This document shows, piece by piece, positions 18,748 through 27,396 of a stretch of 64,000 nucleotides of DNA. This DNA is from Chlamydiia bacterium (GTDB lineage: Bacteria > Chlamydiota > Chlamydiia > Chlamydiales > RGXB01): NCBI GenBank assembly GCA_040382515.1, contig JBEIFH010000001.1:93579-157578 (forward strand). Reading direction: 5' to 3'. Within the stretch, counting starts at the first letter, position 1, and the number at the start of each line of letters is the position of its first letter. The notes below the pieces were generated by a model. It was not told the DNA's origin. It saw nothing but the letters and a program-made list of their open reading frames with translations, and ran no database searches. Made by a program: the position numbers and the translations under genes.

Positions 18748-20094
18748 TTGATGAGAAACTCTCTTTTTTTTGCAATGCTTCTCCCTATGTTTTTGCTTTC
18801 TACATCAAAAACCCCACCGATTGTTGTCCCATTAGAAACTGTCAAATCGTTGCCCTCGCTCTATTTTTCCGACTGCTCTTCTACCGGAGACTGGGGGGCA
18901 AATTATAAAGAATCAATCCTGGAAATCCTTAAAGACGATATAGACGCATCGTTTCATTTGGATCTCACCATGGGTAAAATTGATATAGAGCCTCTTGTGA
19001 GTGGGCCCATGAAAACCCCCTCGAAAGAATTGGCCGCTTTTTCTTCCGATTTTGTCCTTCTGCCCAAATTTGAAGGAAAAACCCTGGTTGTAAAGCTCTA
19101 CGAACCCAGATTTCACCAAACGCACCTGGTTGGCAAAGTTGATTTGGGGGGAACCCTTATTGAAGATAGGCAAAAGATCCATCAGATTTTTGATTTAGTC
19201 CACAAAAAAATTTTCCACCAGGAGGGGATCGCAAGCACTAAAATCCTCTTTTGCAAAAAAACCGAAGATATTGAGGGAGATTGGATTTCCGACATCTACG
19301 AGGTACAGCAAGACGGCCACAACTTAAAAAAAATCACCTCCTCCCAAAATTATCTCATCACACCCATCATGATCCCCAACTCAAAAAAAGGGGAAGGGTA
19401 CGATTACGTTTTTGTCTCCTACGAAAAGGGGCAGCCTAAAATCTTCAAAGGCAATTCCCTATCGCCCATCTCCACCCCTCTTCTTCCCTTAAGAGGAAAT
19501 CAATTATTGCCTGCTTTGAGCTTACGCGGAGACAAGATCGCTTTTATTTGCGATGCTTCGGGTAAAACGGACCTTTTTTTTCAACAATTGCATCCGGAAA
19601 AAGGGGTTTTAGGGAAGCCTATGCAACTTTTTTCACAAAATCAGTCGACCCAAGCCTCCCCTGCCTTTTCCCCTTGCGGCTCTAAACTTGCCTTTGTATC
19701 GGATAAGGGGGGATCTCCCAAAATTTACATTTTAGAGATTGTCGATGCTATCCGTTCAAAAAAAATTCCGCCTGTAAAATTACTCTCGACCAATCACAAA
19801 GAATGCACATGCCCCTCCTGGTCTCCTGACGGAAAAAAAATTGCATTCAGCGCTTTAAGTGAAGGATATCGGCAAATTTGGGTCCTCGATCTGGATAAAA
19901 AAATTGAGATGCCCATCACAAAAGGCCCACTCGATAAGGAAAATCCCTCGTGGGCCCCCGACAGCATCCATTTAGTTTACAATACAACAGGAAAGGAATC
20001 CCAAATTTATACTATTGATATTGTAAAGCAAAAACCTGTAAAAATACCCACAGGGGATGGGATTTCCCATTTCCCCTCTTGGGAACAAAGATGA
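18748..20094 (+). CDS. tolB: Tol-Pal system beta-propeller protein TolB
   Basis: Repeated blade motifs SPAFSPCGSKLAFVSD, CPSWSPDGKKIAFSA and NPSWAPDSIHLVY. An N-terminal signal peptide is present. Confidence 0.85.
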   Translation: MMRNSLFFAMLLPMFLLSTSKTPPIVVPLETVKSLPSLYFSDCSSTGDWGANYKESILEILKDDIDASFHLDLTMGKIDIEPLVSGPMKTPSKELAAFSSDFVLLPKFEGKTLVVKLYEPRFHQTHLVGKVDLGGTLIEDRQKIHQIFDLVHKKIFHQEGIASTKILFCKKTEDIEGDWISDIYEVQQDGHNLKKITSSQNYLITPIMIPNSKKGEGYDYVFVSYEKGQPKIFKGNSLSPISTPLLPLRGNQLLPALSLRGDKIAFICDASGKTDLFFQQLHPEKGVLGKPMQLFSQNQSTQASPAFSPCGSKLAFVSDKGGSPKIYILEIVDAIRSKKIPPVKLLSTNHKECTCPSWSPDGKKIAFSALSEGYRQIWVLDLDKKIEMPITKGPLDKENPSWAPDSIHLVYNTTGKESQIYTIDIVKQKPVKIPTGDGISHFPSWEQR

Positions 20095-20102
20095 GAAACC
20101 AT

Positions 20103-20777
20103 ATGAAAAAATTCTATCCGCTCGTTTTTTTCGTACTTGCGAGCTGCACCAGCACCCTTTATGATGCATGGGAAGAGACGAAAATGACGACAAGGTCCTA
20201 TACGAAGCAGGGACTCGCTTATTTAGGCTTGATCGAAGAAGAATCAAGGATCGTAGCGACCTCCCAAGAGATCTACCAATCTGCCGAGGAAGAATTTATC
20301 CCTCTTAAAGATCAGGACCTCTCCAGCCAATACATGGACGAGTCGTACCCGCAATCCAAAGAGGTGCGCACACCCCAAAAAAGGGGTGCTTTTACTGCCG
20401 AACAATTCTCTAAACCTTCCACAACGCTTGCCTCCATTTTTTCCACAGTATACTTCAATACCGATGAACATGTCCTCTCACAAAAAGAGTACTACCAAGT
20501 GATCAATAGAATCGCCTCGTACATGAAGAAAAACCCCCATGTTTATCTGAGTGTAGAGGGGCATTGCGATCAGAGAGCTTCTGAAGCCTACAACCTCGCT
20601 TTAGGCACCAGAAGGGCCCAATTCGTCCGCAGCCTTTTGATCAAGGCGGGAGTAGAATCAGAGCAGATTCACACAGTTTCTTTCGGGAAAGAAAGACCCG
20701 TTGCGAAAGGGGGGACAAAAGAATCGTTTGCCAAAAACCGGCGCGTAGAATTCAAAATCTTCCAACAGAGGTCCTAG
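20103..20777 (+). CDS. pal: peptidoglycan-associated lipoprotein Pal (OmpA C-terminal domain)
   Basis: Lipobox FFVLASC follows the ATG at 20103 (the track ORF begins at 20079). OmpA_C motifs are FNTDEHVL...EGHCDQRASEAYNLALGTRRA...NRRVEF. Confidence 0.88.
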   Translation: MKKFYPLVFFVLASCTSTLYDAWEETKMTTRSYTKQGLAYLGLIEEESRIVATSQEIYQSAEEEFIPLKDQDLSSQYMDESYPQSKEVRTPQKRGAFTAEQFSKPSTTLASIFSTVYFNTDEHVLSQKEYYQVINRIASYMKKNPHVYLSVEGHCDQRASEAYNLALGTRRAQFVRSLLIKAGVESEQIHTVSFGKERPVAKGGTKESFAKNRRVEFKIFQQRS

Positions 20778-21407
20778 ATGAAGCGGTTTGCCCCTTTATT
20801 TGCCCTATTTGCCTCCTGTTCCAACTTGGTTGTCTCCCAAAGATCCGATAAACAACAAATGGAATTTAGTGTTCAAAAGCTCAAAAATGAGATTGAGGAC
20901 CTGAAACATGAGATGAAGTCCCACCAAATCGAGGTTGGCATTTTGGAGGGGAGAATCTTAAATCAGGAGGAGGATCTGAGTTATCTACACGCGCAGGACC
21001 ATCCTGGGAAAATTGGGGGGCGATCGCTCGACAATGCCACTTTAACGGAAAAAAAGATTTTAGAAATCGAGCGGACACTGGATCACCTTATAAAGCGTTT
21101 TGACCGGATCGACATAGAATCAAAAGAAATTGCAAAAGCTGTGGGTTTATATAAACAGAAGTTCCAAGAGGTGGAAAAATTTTTCCAATCTCAAAATGAA
21201 TCCGTGCACGAACTTGGCCGCATTAAAAAAAGTATAAAAGAGATAAGAGAAGAGTCGAATGAAATCGCTTTCTACAGGGTGAAAGCGGGTGATTCGATAG
21301 AAAAGATCGCTAGACTATTTGGAACTACACCTGAACAGATCAAAAAAATAAACCAGCTGCACAATGACCTGATCCTTGTAGGCCAAGAAATCAGAGTTCC
21401 CAAATGA
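20778..21407 (+). CDS. coiled-coil LysM-domain lipoprotein
   Basis: Lipobox LFASC, a long heptad-like Glu/Lys-rich middle region, and a C-terminal LysM domain (YRVKAGDSIEKIARLFGTTPEQIKKINQL...LILVGQEIRVP). The ATG directly abuts the pal stop. Confidence 0.75.
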   Translation: MKRFAPLFALFASCSNLVVSQRSDKQQMEFSVQKLKNEIEDLKHEMKSHQIEVGILEGRILNQEEDLSYLHAQDHPGKIGGRSLDNATLTEKKILEIERTLDHLIKRFDRIDIESKEIAKAVGLYKQKFQEVEKFFQSQNESVHELGRIKKSIKEIREESNEIAFYRVKAGDSIEKIARLFGTTPEQIKKINQLHNDLILVGQEIRVPK

Positions 21408-22144
21408 TCTGCCTTTTAGATTCAGGGGTGGGGGGATTGACTGTTCTCAATGAGGTGAAAAAGGTATCTCCGGATCTACGCACTATCTATCTTGCAGATA
21501 ATAGAAACTTCCCCTACGGCACCAAAAGTCAAAAAGAGATTCTAGACGCTGTCTTTACTGCACAAAAAGGGCTCGAAACTTTTTGTCTGGAAAAAATTTA
21601 CATAGCCTGCCACACAGCTTCCATCGCTTTACAAACCCGACCAAACAGCTTCGGACTGATCTCGTCAGTAACAAAAAAAATGGTTTTAGAGTCGGCAGCT
21701 TCTGAGTCTGTTGCGATTCTAGGGAGTTCATCTACCATAAACACCGGATTTTATCAAAATCTATTTTCTGTAAAAGGATATAGTAGAATCCAAGGGTTCG
21801 ACTTGCAAAACCTGATTCAAATGATAGAATCGGGTTTAAAGGACGAAGAGATCTTTCTTGAACAACTCAAAGAGGTGGTCTTATTTGCACCCGACACAAT
21901 CTTGTTGGCCTCTACCCATTTCCCCCACATCGAATCTTTTTTATCCACCCTATTCCCCTTCGCGAAGATAATGAATCCTTCGCTTCAATATGCCCATGAG
22001 ATATGTAGGCACTCCGGTTTACATGCAAAAGACGGTCTTGATGAAGATCTTTTTATAACCACACGCCATTGCCCAAAATTTCTTCACACGTTACAAAAAA
22101 ATCCAATAAATAATCTTTTAAAAAAAGATGCTCGGCATGTATAA
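21404..22144 (+). CDS. murI: glutamate racemase homologue (atypical active site)
   Basis: LLDSGVGGLTV and IACHTAS motifs of the Asp/Glu racemase family. The second motif reads LASTHFP instead of LGCTH(Y/F)P. The gene overlaps the upstream gene by ATGA. Confidence 0.7.
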   Translation: MICLLDSGVGGLTVLNEVKKVSPDLRTIYLADNRNFPYGTKSQKEILDAVFTAQKGLETFCLEKIYIACHTASIALQTRPNSFGLISSVTKKMVLESAASESVAILGSSSTINTGFYQNLFSVKGYSRIQGFDLQNLIQMIESGLKDEEIFLEQLKEVVLFAPDTILLASTHFPHIESFLSTLFPFAKIMNPSLQYAHEICRHSGLHAKDGLDEDLFITTRHCPKFLHTLQKNPINNLLKKDARHV

Positions 22145-22239
22145 TCTCCTTTAAACCAGGAAAAAATGTAATACTATTTGCACCCGCTTATGGTATTTAT
22201 TTTTAACTAAGACACTCCAGACTCAGTAAGGGGTTAATT

Positions 22240-22512
22240 TTGGGAAATTGTTGTATAAGCATGCGCGAAAAGAACCCACATCAGATGTGTGTTTTTTTAT
22301 CAACCCAACTTCATTACCCAAGTTTTGATCTCAACGAAGCATTTTTACCGGGAGTGGGATCAAAAAAAATAAATGAAAGACTGGCTAGCTTTACAGGTTA
22401 TGTTATACCCCCCCCACACCCAAAAATTCCGGGGGAAATCATTTTGAATAATAAAAAAAACACTCTAGAAAAACCTTCGTTTTTCAAAAGAGAGAAAACA
22501 GTTTCAAGCTAA
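22240..22512 (+). CDS. hypothetical small protein (TTG start), N-terminus MGNCC
   Basis: 90-codon ORF. AAGGGG (22228..22233) lies 6 nt upstream of the TTG. No TM segment and no recognisable family. Coding status is uncertain. Confidence 0.3.
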   Translation: MGNCCISMREKNPHQMCVFLSTQLHYPSFDLNEAFLPGVGSKKINERLASFTGYVIPPPHPKIPGEIILNNKKNTLEKPSFFKREKTVSS

Positions 22513-22527
22513 AGAAGAAGGATTCAC

Positions 22528-23283
22528 ATGAGTCAGAAGAAACGCATTCTACTGATCGAGGATGAAGAGGATATCGCAGCTCTTATCAAATTACAAGCTG
22601 AGCTCTCGGGATTCAAACTGCACGTTGAGGTCGATGGTATCAACGGATTTCGTGCCGTAGAAAGAGAAAAGCCTGATTTAGTGCTTCTCGACATCATGCT
22701 CCCCGGACAAAATGGATATGACGTTTGCCGAAAAATTAAGAGCACACCGGAACTCAAATCCATCCCGGTGATTATTTTAACAGCCAAAGACGAAGAGCTC
22801 GACATCCTTTTGGGACTTGAACTTGGTGCAGATGATTACATCCTCAAACCTTTTTCCCCAAAAGTGCTGATGTCCCGTATCCGCGCAGTCCTCAGAAGAG
22901 GAAAAGAGTCCGAAAAATCGCCAAAAATCCTCTCTTTCGGAGAATTTACACTGGAAGTAGACCGTTACTTGCTGCGTAAAAAAGATAAAGTGATCACCAT
23001 CACCCTTTCCGAGTTCGGAATCCTTAAAAGATTACTCATGAATAGGGGCAAAGTGCTCACAAGAAACCAGCTTTTGGACGATATTCATAACGATGATTCT
23101 TTTGTAGTGGATCGTAACATAGACGTGCACATCGCTGCATTGCGTCGCAAACTCGGTCCCAATTTCAAGTGGATCGATACCGTAAGAGGGGTAGGCTACC
23201 GATTCAAAGGGGATGCCAACGATACCTCCTACGATGATTCGATGTCCTACGAAGCAGAAGAGCTGGAAGAGGCTCTGATCTAG
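22528..23283 (+). CDS. OmpR/PhoB-family response regulator
   Basis: The receiver domain has an acidic pocket (IEDEED), a phospho-acceptor context LVLLDIMLPG, ILTAK and ILKPF. The winged-helix domain has VDVHIAALRRKL...TVRGVGYRF. The C-terminal tail is acidic. Confidence 0.9.
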   Translation: MSQKKRILLIEDEEDIAALIKLQAELSGFKLHVEVDGINGFRAVEREKPDLVLLDIMLPGQNGYDVCRKIKSTPELKSIPVIILTAKDEELDILLGLELGADDYILKPFSPKVLMSRIRAVLRRGKESEKSPKILSFGEFTLEVDRYLLRKKDKVITITLSEFGILKRLLMNRGKVLTRNQLLDDIHNDDSFVVDRNIDVHIAALRRKLGPNFKWIDTVRGVGYRFKGDANDTSYDDSMSYEAEELEEALI

Positions 23284-23294
23284 ACAAGGTATGA

Positions 23295-23320
23295 AAGAGA
23301 GGGTTAAATCCCTCTTTTTC
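23295..23320 (+). terminator. Rho-independent terminator after the response regulator gene
   Basis: Stem GAGAGGG / CCCTCT(T) with loop TTAAAT, followed by TTTTCATTT. Confidence 0.6.
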
Positions 23321-23434
23321 ATTTAAAAGGCCGTAAGCCCGATTTCACAAAGGGCCCCCTATTTAGAACTGTTTTGTTTCGGGTTTAAAAATAATCCCCT
23401 TTTGTGTAAGAGAAAATAAAGATCGAAGGTAATT

Positions 23435-23884
23435 ATGCAAAAAATCTTTATTTCTTCCCTCCTTGTCCTGACTCTGGTGAGTTGCTCTACAAATACAGGG
23501 ACCGGCGCGTTGGTCGGTGGTGGTGGCGGAGCTCTTATTGGCGGTCTTGCCGGCGGTTGGGGAGGGGCAGCTATAGGGGGAGCAGCAGGTGCCATTTTAG
23601 GGGGCCTTATCGGAAATGCTGCAGATCAAAAACAAAAGCAACAAGAGATAGACAACAACTACCCGGGTCTTTCCCAAAAACTAATCAATAATGAACCTCT
23701 TAACGTCCAAGACGTCATTAATTTATCAAAGCAGAACATCCCCCCCGAACAGATCATCCGCTATCTTAAAGAATCCGACAGCCAATTCACCCTCACAAAA
23801 CAGGATTGCAAAACTCTGTGCAGAAAAGGGGTGGAAGATTCGGTAGTGAAGTATATGAGCAATGGAGCTTGCGGCTGCAGCTGA
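23435..23884 (+). CDS. glycine-zipper lipoprotein
   Basis: Lipobox LVSCS followed by GALVGGGGGALIGGLAGGWGGAAIGGAAGAILGGLIG (glycine-zipper, SlyB / 17-kDa-antigen-like). The C-terminal domain contains cysteines. Confidence 0.7.
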   Translation: MQKIFISSLLVLTLVSCSTNTGTGALVGGGGGALIGGLAGGWGGAAIGGAAGAILGGLIGNAADQKQKQQEIDNNYPGLSQKLINNEPLNVQDVINLSKQNIPPEQIIRYLKESDSQFTLTKQDCKTLCRKGVEDSVVKYMSNGACGCS

Positions 23885-24017
23885 TCTTAATCAACCTTTA
23901 ATTATAAGTTTATAAATTATTTTGTCTCGAAAGATAGGATCCATTTTAGTTAAAAATATCATTGATTTTTAAAATATATATGCAGTAAACAAATGGATCT
24001 AAAACAAAAAAAGATGT

Positions 24018-25034
24018 ATGGCCCTAGCTACCTCTTACACCACATTTGAAGACGCTTTGGAGCTTCTCGATCCTATGCATAGGCTTGAAGAAGAGGTCGT
24101 TTTTTGCGAGAGGTTCGAAAAACTCTCGAGTTTTCATCTTATTTTCCACTCCTCATGCATCGGCCTACTTACATTCCAAACGGTGCTGTTTCTAAGTCTT
24201 TTGGTCTACAGCCCGAAATCTCCCTATGTAGCGGGACTGCTTTTTTCTTGGATTCTGACCCTTTTTTCTTACCTAATTCTTTTATTTTACTATCAGGCCA
24301 AAAAACCCCAGGACTTCCAAGATCTGCGCCGATTTTTTATCCAGGCGTGCAGAAAGGAAATTGAGGAGCACAAGCCCAACCAGGAAGAGCATCTTTTTTT
24401 GGCAAAAGCGGCGGAAAGTCTTACAGGAAAGCTTTCAAAAAATCAATTTTACCTACAAAATCTTGGCACCATCTCCTCGATTATCCGACTGATGAAATTC
24501 AAGGATGTGGAGAAAATGCAAGAGCTTTTGATGTATGCCTCCATCCAGGAACATATCGAAAAAATCAAAAAAGACCCCCTTAATTCAACGACGCATCTCT
24601 CATTGGCCAAATCCTATTTGGGGATGTACCGTCTCTACCAATCTCCCCTAAAGGAGCCACTGAGCAGATACTGGGTCGTTAGAAAAATCATTCAAACCGA
24701 AAAAAGGCAAAAAAGGGTAGATGCCTCTCTTTTGCTTGCGATGGAAGAGCTTAAAATTGGTCTAGCTTCAAATGCAGATGAGCCGTGGGCCCTTTTGGAG
24801 CTAGCAAATTGCTACGAAGCTCTTGGGGATAAAAAACAGGAGCTAGAGACTTTGATCCGTTATTTGTCTTTACGCCCTTTCGATGAGAATCTTCTATTAA
24901 GAGTTGGAAAGATCTATTTCTTTCTGGGTATGACTTCCCAAGGACTCGAAATATTTTCGACATTAAAAAATATCAACGTCCATCTCTCCTTCGAACTTAT
25001 TGATTCCTACAACGCCTATCTAAAAAAAATCTGA
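24018..25034 (+). CDS. membrane protein with an N-proximal bilobed hydrophobic domain and a TPR-like C-terminal domain
   Basis: Two roughly 22-aa hydrophobic lobes (LIFHSSCIGLLTFQTVLFLSLLVY and VAGLLFSWILTLFSYLILLFYY) are separated by SPKSPY. C-terminal TPR-like helices include LELANCYEALGDKKQELETLIRYLSLRP. Confidence 0.65.
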   Translation: MALATSYTTFEDALELLDPMHRLEEEVVFCERFEKLSSFHLIFHSSCIGLLTFQTVLFLSLLVYSPKSPYVAGLLFSWILTLFSYLILLFYYQAKKPQDFQDLRRFFIQACRKEIEEHKPNQEEHLFLAKAAESLTGKLSKNQFYLQNLGTISSIIRLMKFKDVEKMQELLMYASIQEHIEKIKKDPLNSTTHLSLAKSYLGMYRLYQSPLKEPLSRYWVVRKIIQTEKRQKRVDASLLLAMEELKIGLASNADEPWALLELANCYEALGDKKQELETLIRYLSLRPFDENLLLRVGKIYFFLGMTSQGLEIFSTLKNINVHLSFELIDSYNAYLKKI

Positions 25035-25057
25035 ATCTTATGATTCAGATTTTTTTT
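25022..25057 (+). terminator. Rho-independent terminator (A-tract / hairpin / T-tract)
   Basis: Perfect 9-bp stem ATCTGAATC / GATTCAGAT with loop TTAT, flanked by A8 and T7. The stop codon of the upstream gene lies inside the stem. Confidence 0.75.
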
Positions 25058-25137
25058 CATTCACAAGCAATTTTTTATTTAAATTTTTTTCTTAAACGAT
25101 TAGAAATCAAGTAAGTATAGCTATAAAGGGATGAAGG

Positions 25138-27336
25138 ATGAAACGCGGGCTCTTTTTTAGTGCGATTGTGTCACATATGGCTCTGTTTTCGCAGGGAATA
25201 CCTGCAGATGAGCTGGATAAAGAGGAAGCTTTCATGGTTCGCCGCATCACGGAGTTCTGGAAAGACCAAGACTACGCCCTTGTTGAAAGGCAGATCTATC
25301 TATTTCTTGATAAGTATCCCGATTCCACCCTCAAAGACTACCTTAAAGGGATATTGGGTGACATCTATCTGAAAGACCGTGTTTTTGAAAAAGCGATAGA
25401 TGTATACCTATCGATCCAAGACACCGATATTCAACAAAAGGTTCTTGTTAATACCCTGCAAGGGATGTATGAGCTTAGCCGTTATGAAGACATCTATAAA
25501 ATGGGTGCCAAGTATCTCTCCAATCCGGAAATATTCGACGAGCGCAAAGAGGAATTTTTATTCCTGGTAGCAGAAGGGTATTTCCGTAGTTCGATGGAAA
25601 TAGAGGGCTTAGCCTCCATGGGGCTCCTTGAGGAAGCCAAAAAGATCTATGAGAGGCTTATCAAGTCCGGTTATGCAGAACCTTCTCAATTTGCATTAGC
25701 GGAGATCTATAAAAAAACAAATGAACCCCAAAAATCGGCCGAATTATTCAAAAAGCTTGCCGAGAAATACAAAGATAAAAGGGAGGAGCTCCTTTTCCAC
25801 GCCGGGCTAGCTGAATCGGTCTATAATCCGAAGACAGCGATCGAAACATTCACCGAGGTCGTTTCGATGCGTGGCAGCAGACTTTATACGAGCGCCTTCA
25901 ACCGGGTTGTCCTTCTATTTCAAATGGAGGCCTACGAGTCGGTGATCGAATCGATCGACCTGGTTTTAACCCATGCAGACGGGCAGAGCATGCCTGTGAT
26001 CCTTTACATGTACTCTCGCTCTTTATTTGGGGCAAAAATGTACGATAAAGCTTTGGAAATAGTCGATAAGCTTGGCGCCAGAAATTCCCTTGATGAGTCC
26101 CAAAATAAGAACTTGTTCCTAATCGAGCTTGGATCAAGCCAGCAGCTCAAAGAGCTCACTAGATATGAACAAGCTCTAAAGAAATTCGAGTCTGCTTTTC
26201 CTAAAGATATAGAGATACCCAAAGCAATTTTTATCCACGCCCTTTTATTGAAAGAGCAACTCAAAACTCAAGAAGCACAGAACCAGCTAGAAAAAATCTT
26301 GAAACATTTTTCAGATTTTGAAAGCGCAGATTCTCTTTTACTGGAGTATGGCCTGGTGACATATGACAATGAGCAGTATGAACTTTCGCGCACAAGCCTT
26401 AAAAGCTTTATTGACACCTTCACGGCATCCGATCAGATCCATCTTGCCTGGCGCTACTATTTATCGGGAACGTTGCAGCTCTATGACTTGATCCAAAAAG
26501 AGGCGCAAGGGGTTGAAGAATTTTCTAAAATTCAATTTTACAGTGATCTGTCATGGATTTTATCCAACGCCAAAGGGTTGTCGGACAAAGAGATTCAGGA
26601 GAGTCGATTTTTACAGGCTAAGGTAGGGTACGATTTGGGATACACCCAAGAATCGATGCAAAAACTTTTGACCTACATACAGGATTATTCTAAACACACC
26701 TCAGTAGCGGATGCTCACCTTCTTTTAGCTTTATGCTACGACAGAATGCGTACAAATTATGATGCTTTTATCGATCACGCCGAAAAGGCGGTTCAGCTTG
26801 CTCAAAGGCAAAATCATTTGGGATCGATGCATATCCAGATCTTTAATGCGCTCTTAAGATACAAAGAGACCCTCGAATCGATCCCGAATCTGACCCAAAG
26901 CCAATCAAAAAAACTTCAAAGTATCCAGGAAAAAGCGGCCGACCATCTTTACCAGGCCTTCGAAAGAGGCGATATTGAGATCCGCAAAGAAAATCTTCTG
27001 TGGCTTTCTAATCTTTTGTATGACCAATCCCCTATCCAAAGCCCTGTCTACGGAAAAACCGAGACAAAAGAGACCGCAATTCCCGAGAATTTGGCAAAGG
27101 CTAAGAAAATTTTACAATCGATCTTTTTTTCTGAAAAACAGAGCATTGCCCAACAAATCCAAGCGGCCCCGAATTTGGAGTGGGATATGATGCGTCTTGT
27201 CCGTATTGCCCACAAAGAGGGCAATATTAAACAAAAGCAGGTTTATCTTGAGAGCCTTGTGGATGCTTACAGAAAAAACGCCCACTCCTGGAATCTTAGA
27301 CAGGAAGCTTTAATAGAACTGTCAAAATGCTACTAA
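25138..27336 (+). CDS. large secreted TPR-repeat protein (frame continues after an in-frame TAA; possibly a pseudogene)
   Basis: Signal-peptide-like N-terminus MKRGLFFSAIVSHMALFSQG, with TPR-like repeats throughout. The ORF ends at TAA 27334..27336, and the same frame reopens immediately after it. Confidence 0.7.
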   Translation: MKRGLFFSAIVSHMALFSQGIPADELDKEEAFMVRRITEFWKDQDYALVERQIYLFLDKYPDSTLKDYLKGILGDIYLKDRVFEKAIDVYLSIQDTDIQQKVLVNTLQGMYELSRYEDIYKMGAKYLSNPEIFDERKEEFLFLVAEGYFRSSMEIEGLASMGLLEEAKKIYERLIKSGYAEPSQFALAEIYKKTNEPQKSAELFKKLAEKYKDKREELLFHAGLAESVYNPKTAIETFTEVVSMRGSRLYTSAFNRVVLLFQMEAYESVIESIDLVLTHADGQSMPVILYMYSRSLFGAKMYDKALEIVDKLGARNSLDESQNKNLFLIELGSSQQLKELTRYEQALKKFESAFPKDIEIPKAIFIHALLLKEQLKTQEAQNQLEKILKHFSDFESADSLLLEYGLVTYDNEQYELSRTSLKSFIDTFTASDQIHLAWRYYLSGTLQLYDLIQKEAQGVEEFSKIQFYSDLSWILSNAKGLSDKEIQESRFLQAKVGYDLGYTQESMQKLLTYIQDYSKHTSVADAHLLLALCYDRMRTNYDAFIDHAEKAVQLAQRQNHLGSMHIQIFNALLRYKETLESIPNLTQSQSKKLQSIQEKAADHLYQAFERGDIEIRKENLLWLSNLLYDQSPIQSPVYGKTETKETAIPENLAKAKKILQSIFFSEKQSIAQQIQAAPNLEWDMMRLVRIAHKEGNIKQKQVYLESLVDAYRKNAHSWNLRQEALIELSKCY

Positions 27337-27396
27337 GTTCAAGGAAATAAAAAACTGGCCTATGAGGCGCTTAACGAAGCCGTCCTTGTCTCAAAT

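Noticed and set aside
23359-23595. 78-aa minus-strand ORF rich in Pro/Ala (APPIAAPPQPPARPP).
   Set aside because: It is the antisense shadow of the GGN-rich glycine-zipper region of the plus-strand lipoprotein gene (23435..23884). That gene has a lipobox and a sensible start context.
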